The notes below the pieces were generated by a model. The model made no database searches. It saw only the letters and a program-made list of their open reading frames with translations, and had not been told where the DNA came from. The position numbers were made by a program, and so were the translations under genes. This document shows positions 63,249-64,000 of a stretch of DNA of 64,000 nucleotides, in pieces (position 1 is the stretch's first letter; each line of letters starts with the position of its first letter). Source of the DNA: Mobula hypostoma (Eukaryota); NCBI RefSeq assembly GCF_963921235.1, contig NC_086108.1, positions 49,974,001-50,038,000 of the forward strand. The letters run 5' to 3'.

Positions 63249-64000
63249 AAAAAAGTGAAAAGTTTGTGCAGCATGTGATTGGAGCTTGTAAAGCTGTGCC
63301 AGCAGATGTGGTCTGGTCAAATTAAGAGGGAATTGAATAAGGCTTCTTTGCAGGGACTAGTACTTGGAGTTAATGGTGTAGTAATGGCATTAAAGTGTTG
63401 GCCATATAGTTGTCTCTTGTGCTGTAAGCATTCTATAATTGTGTTCAAATCCTGAAACAATTCATTTCATGCCGTGTTTAATATTTTTAAAGCAAGATCT
63501 CAGTGACAGCTGTATAAATGCCCTGATAATATTGAAGCCAACAGCACTCATTATTGGAATGTACCTGACAGACCATTTAGAATGCAATACTTTGGCTTGT
63601 TCAGAGATGTCCACAGTATGGTGGTGATGCTGTTCTGGTTTTTCTGAGGCATGACCAGTTTTTAACTCATGATAAAAAACCAAGACCACTTACTTGACAA
63701 GTGCAGTGAAATATGAGGGAAAAAGTACAACCCAGGCTGGTACTTGTGACACAGTTTCTATATCGGACATGAAATATTTGGTTAGTGAGGGATTAGCTTA
63801 AAGGTAAGTTGGTGCAGATTTAGTGAACTGAAGGGCCAATTTTGTGTTGTATCTCTGTAAATCTATTATCATTTTTGGGTTAAAGGAGGAAGTCTTGGTC
63901 TAAAATTGTGTACACTGTTGATTCTTCACACTTTGATTTTACAGGCAGGGAAGCAAACCATTGTGCATATTTTGAACTGAACCAAAATTGTACTTTGTGA

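Overview
This is AT-rich, repeat-dense vertebrate genomic DNA. The repeat mix (several CR1 lineages, HE1-like V-SINEs with CR1-type tails, Rex1/Babar, Penelope-like, Tc1, hAT) suggests a cartilaginous fish, probably a ray or skate; this is inference, not a database result. I cannot identify any host protein-coding exon with confidence: every recognisable ORF is transposon-derived. The one clear host feature is a CpG-island promoter at about 36.5-37.3 kb. It carries ETS, GC-box, YY1 and NRF1-like motifs and 5'-leader exon(s) of an unidentified + strand gene, whose large intron appears to fill most of the rest of the window. The most notable structures are: (i) a chain of three short upstream ORFs linked by overlapping ATGA stop/start codons in that leader; (ii) many copies of a minimal hammerhead-ribozyme motif in Penelope-like termini; (iii) a nested Rex1 > hAT > hAT > Tigger-derived composite with two perfect 8-bp TSDs, plus a full-length Tc1 in the same Rex1 tail; (iv) a two-copy, non-coding ~650-bp retroelement with a YY1-motif head and a LINE-like stem-loop/microsatellite tail; (v) TIR elements carrying a duplicated internal end. 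None of these is a demonstrated new biological system; they are testable leads.
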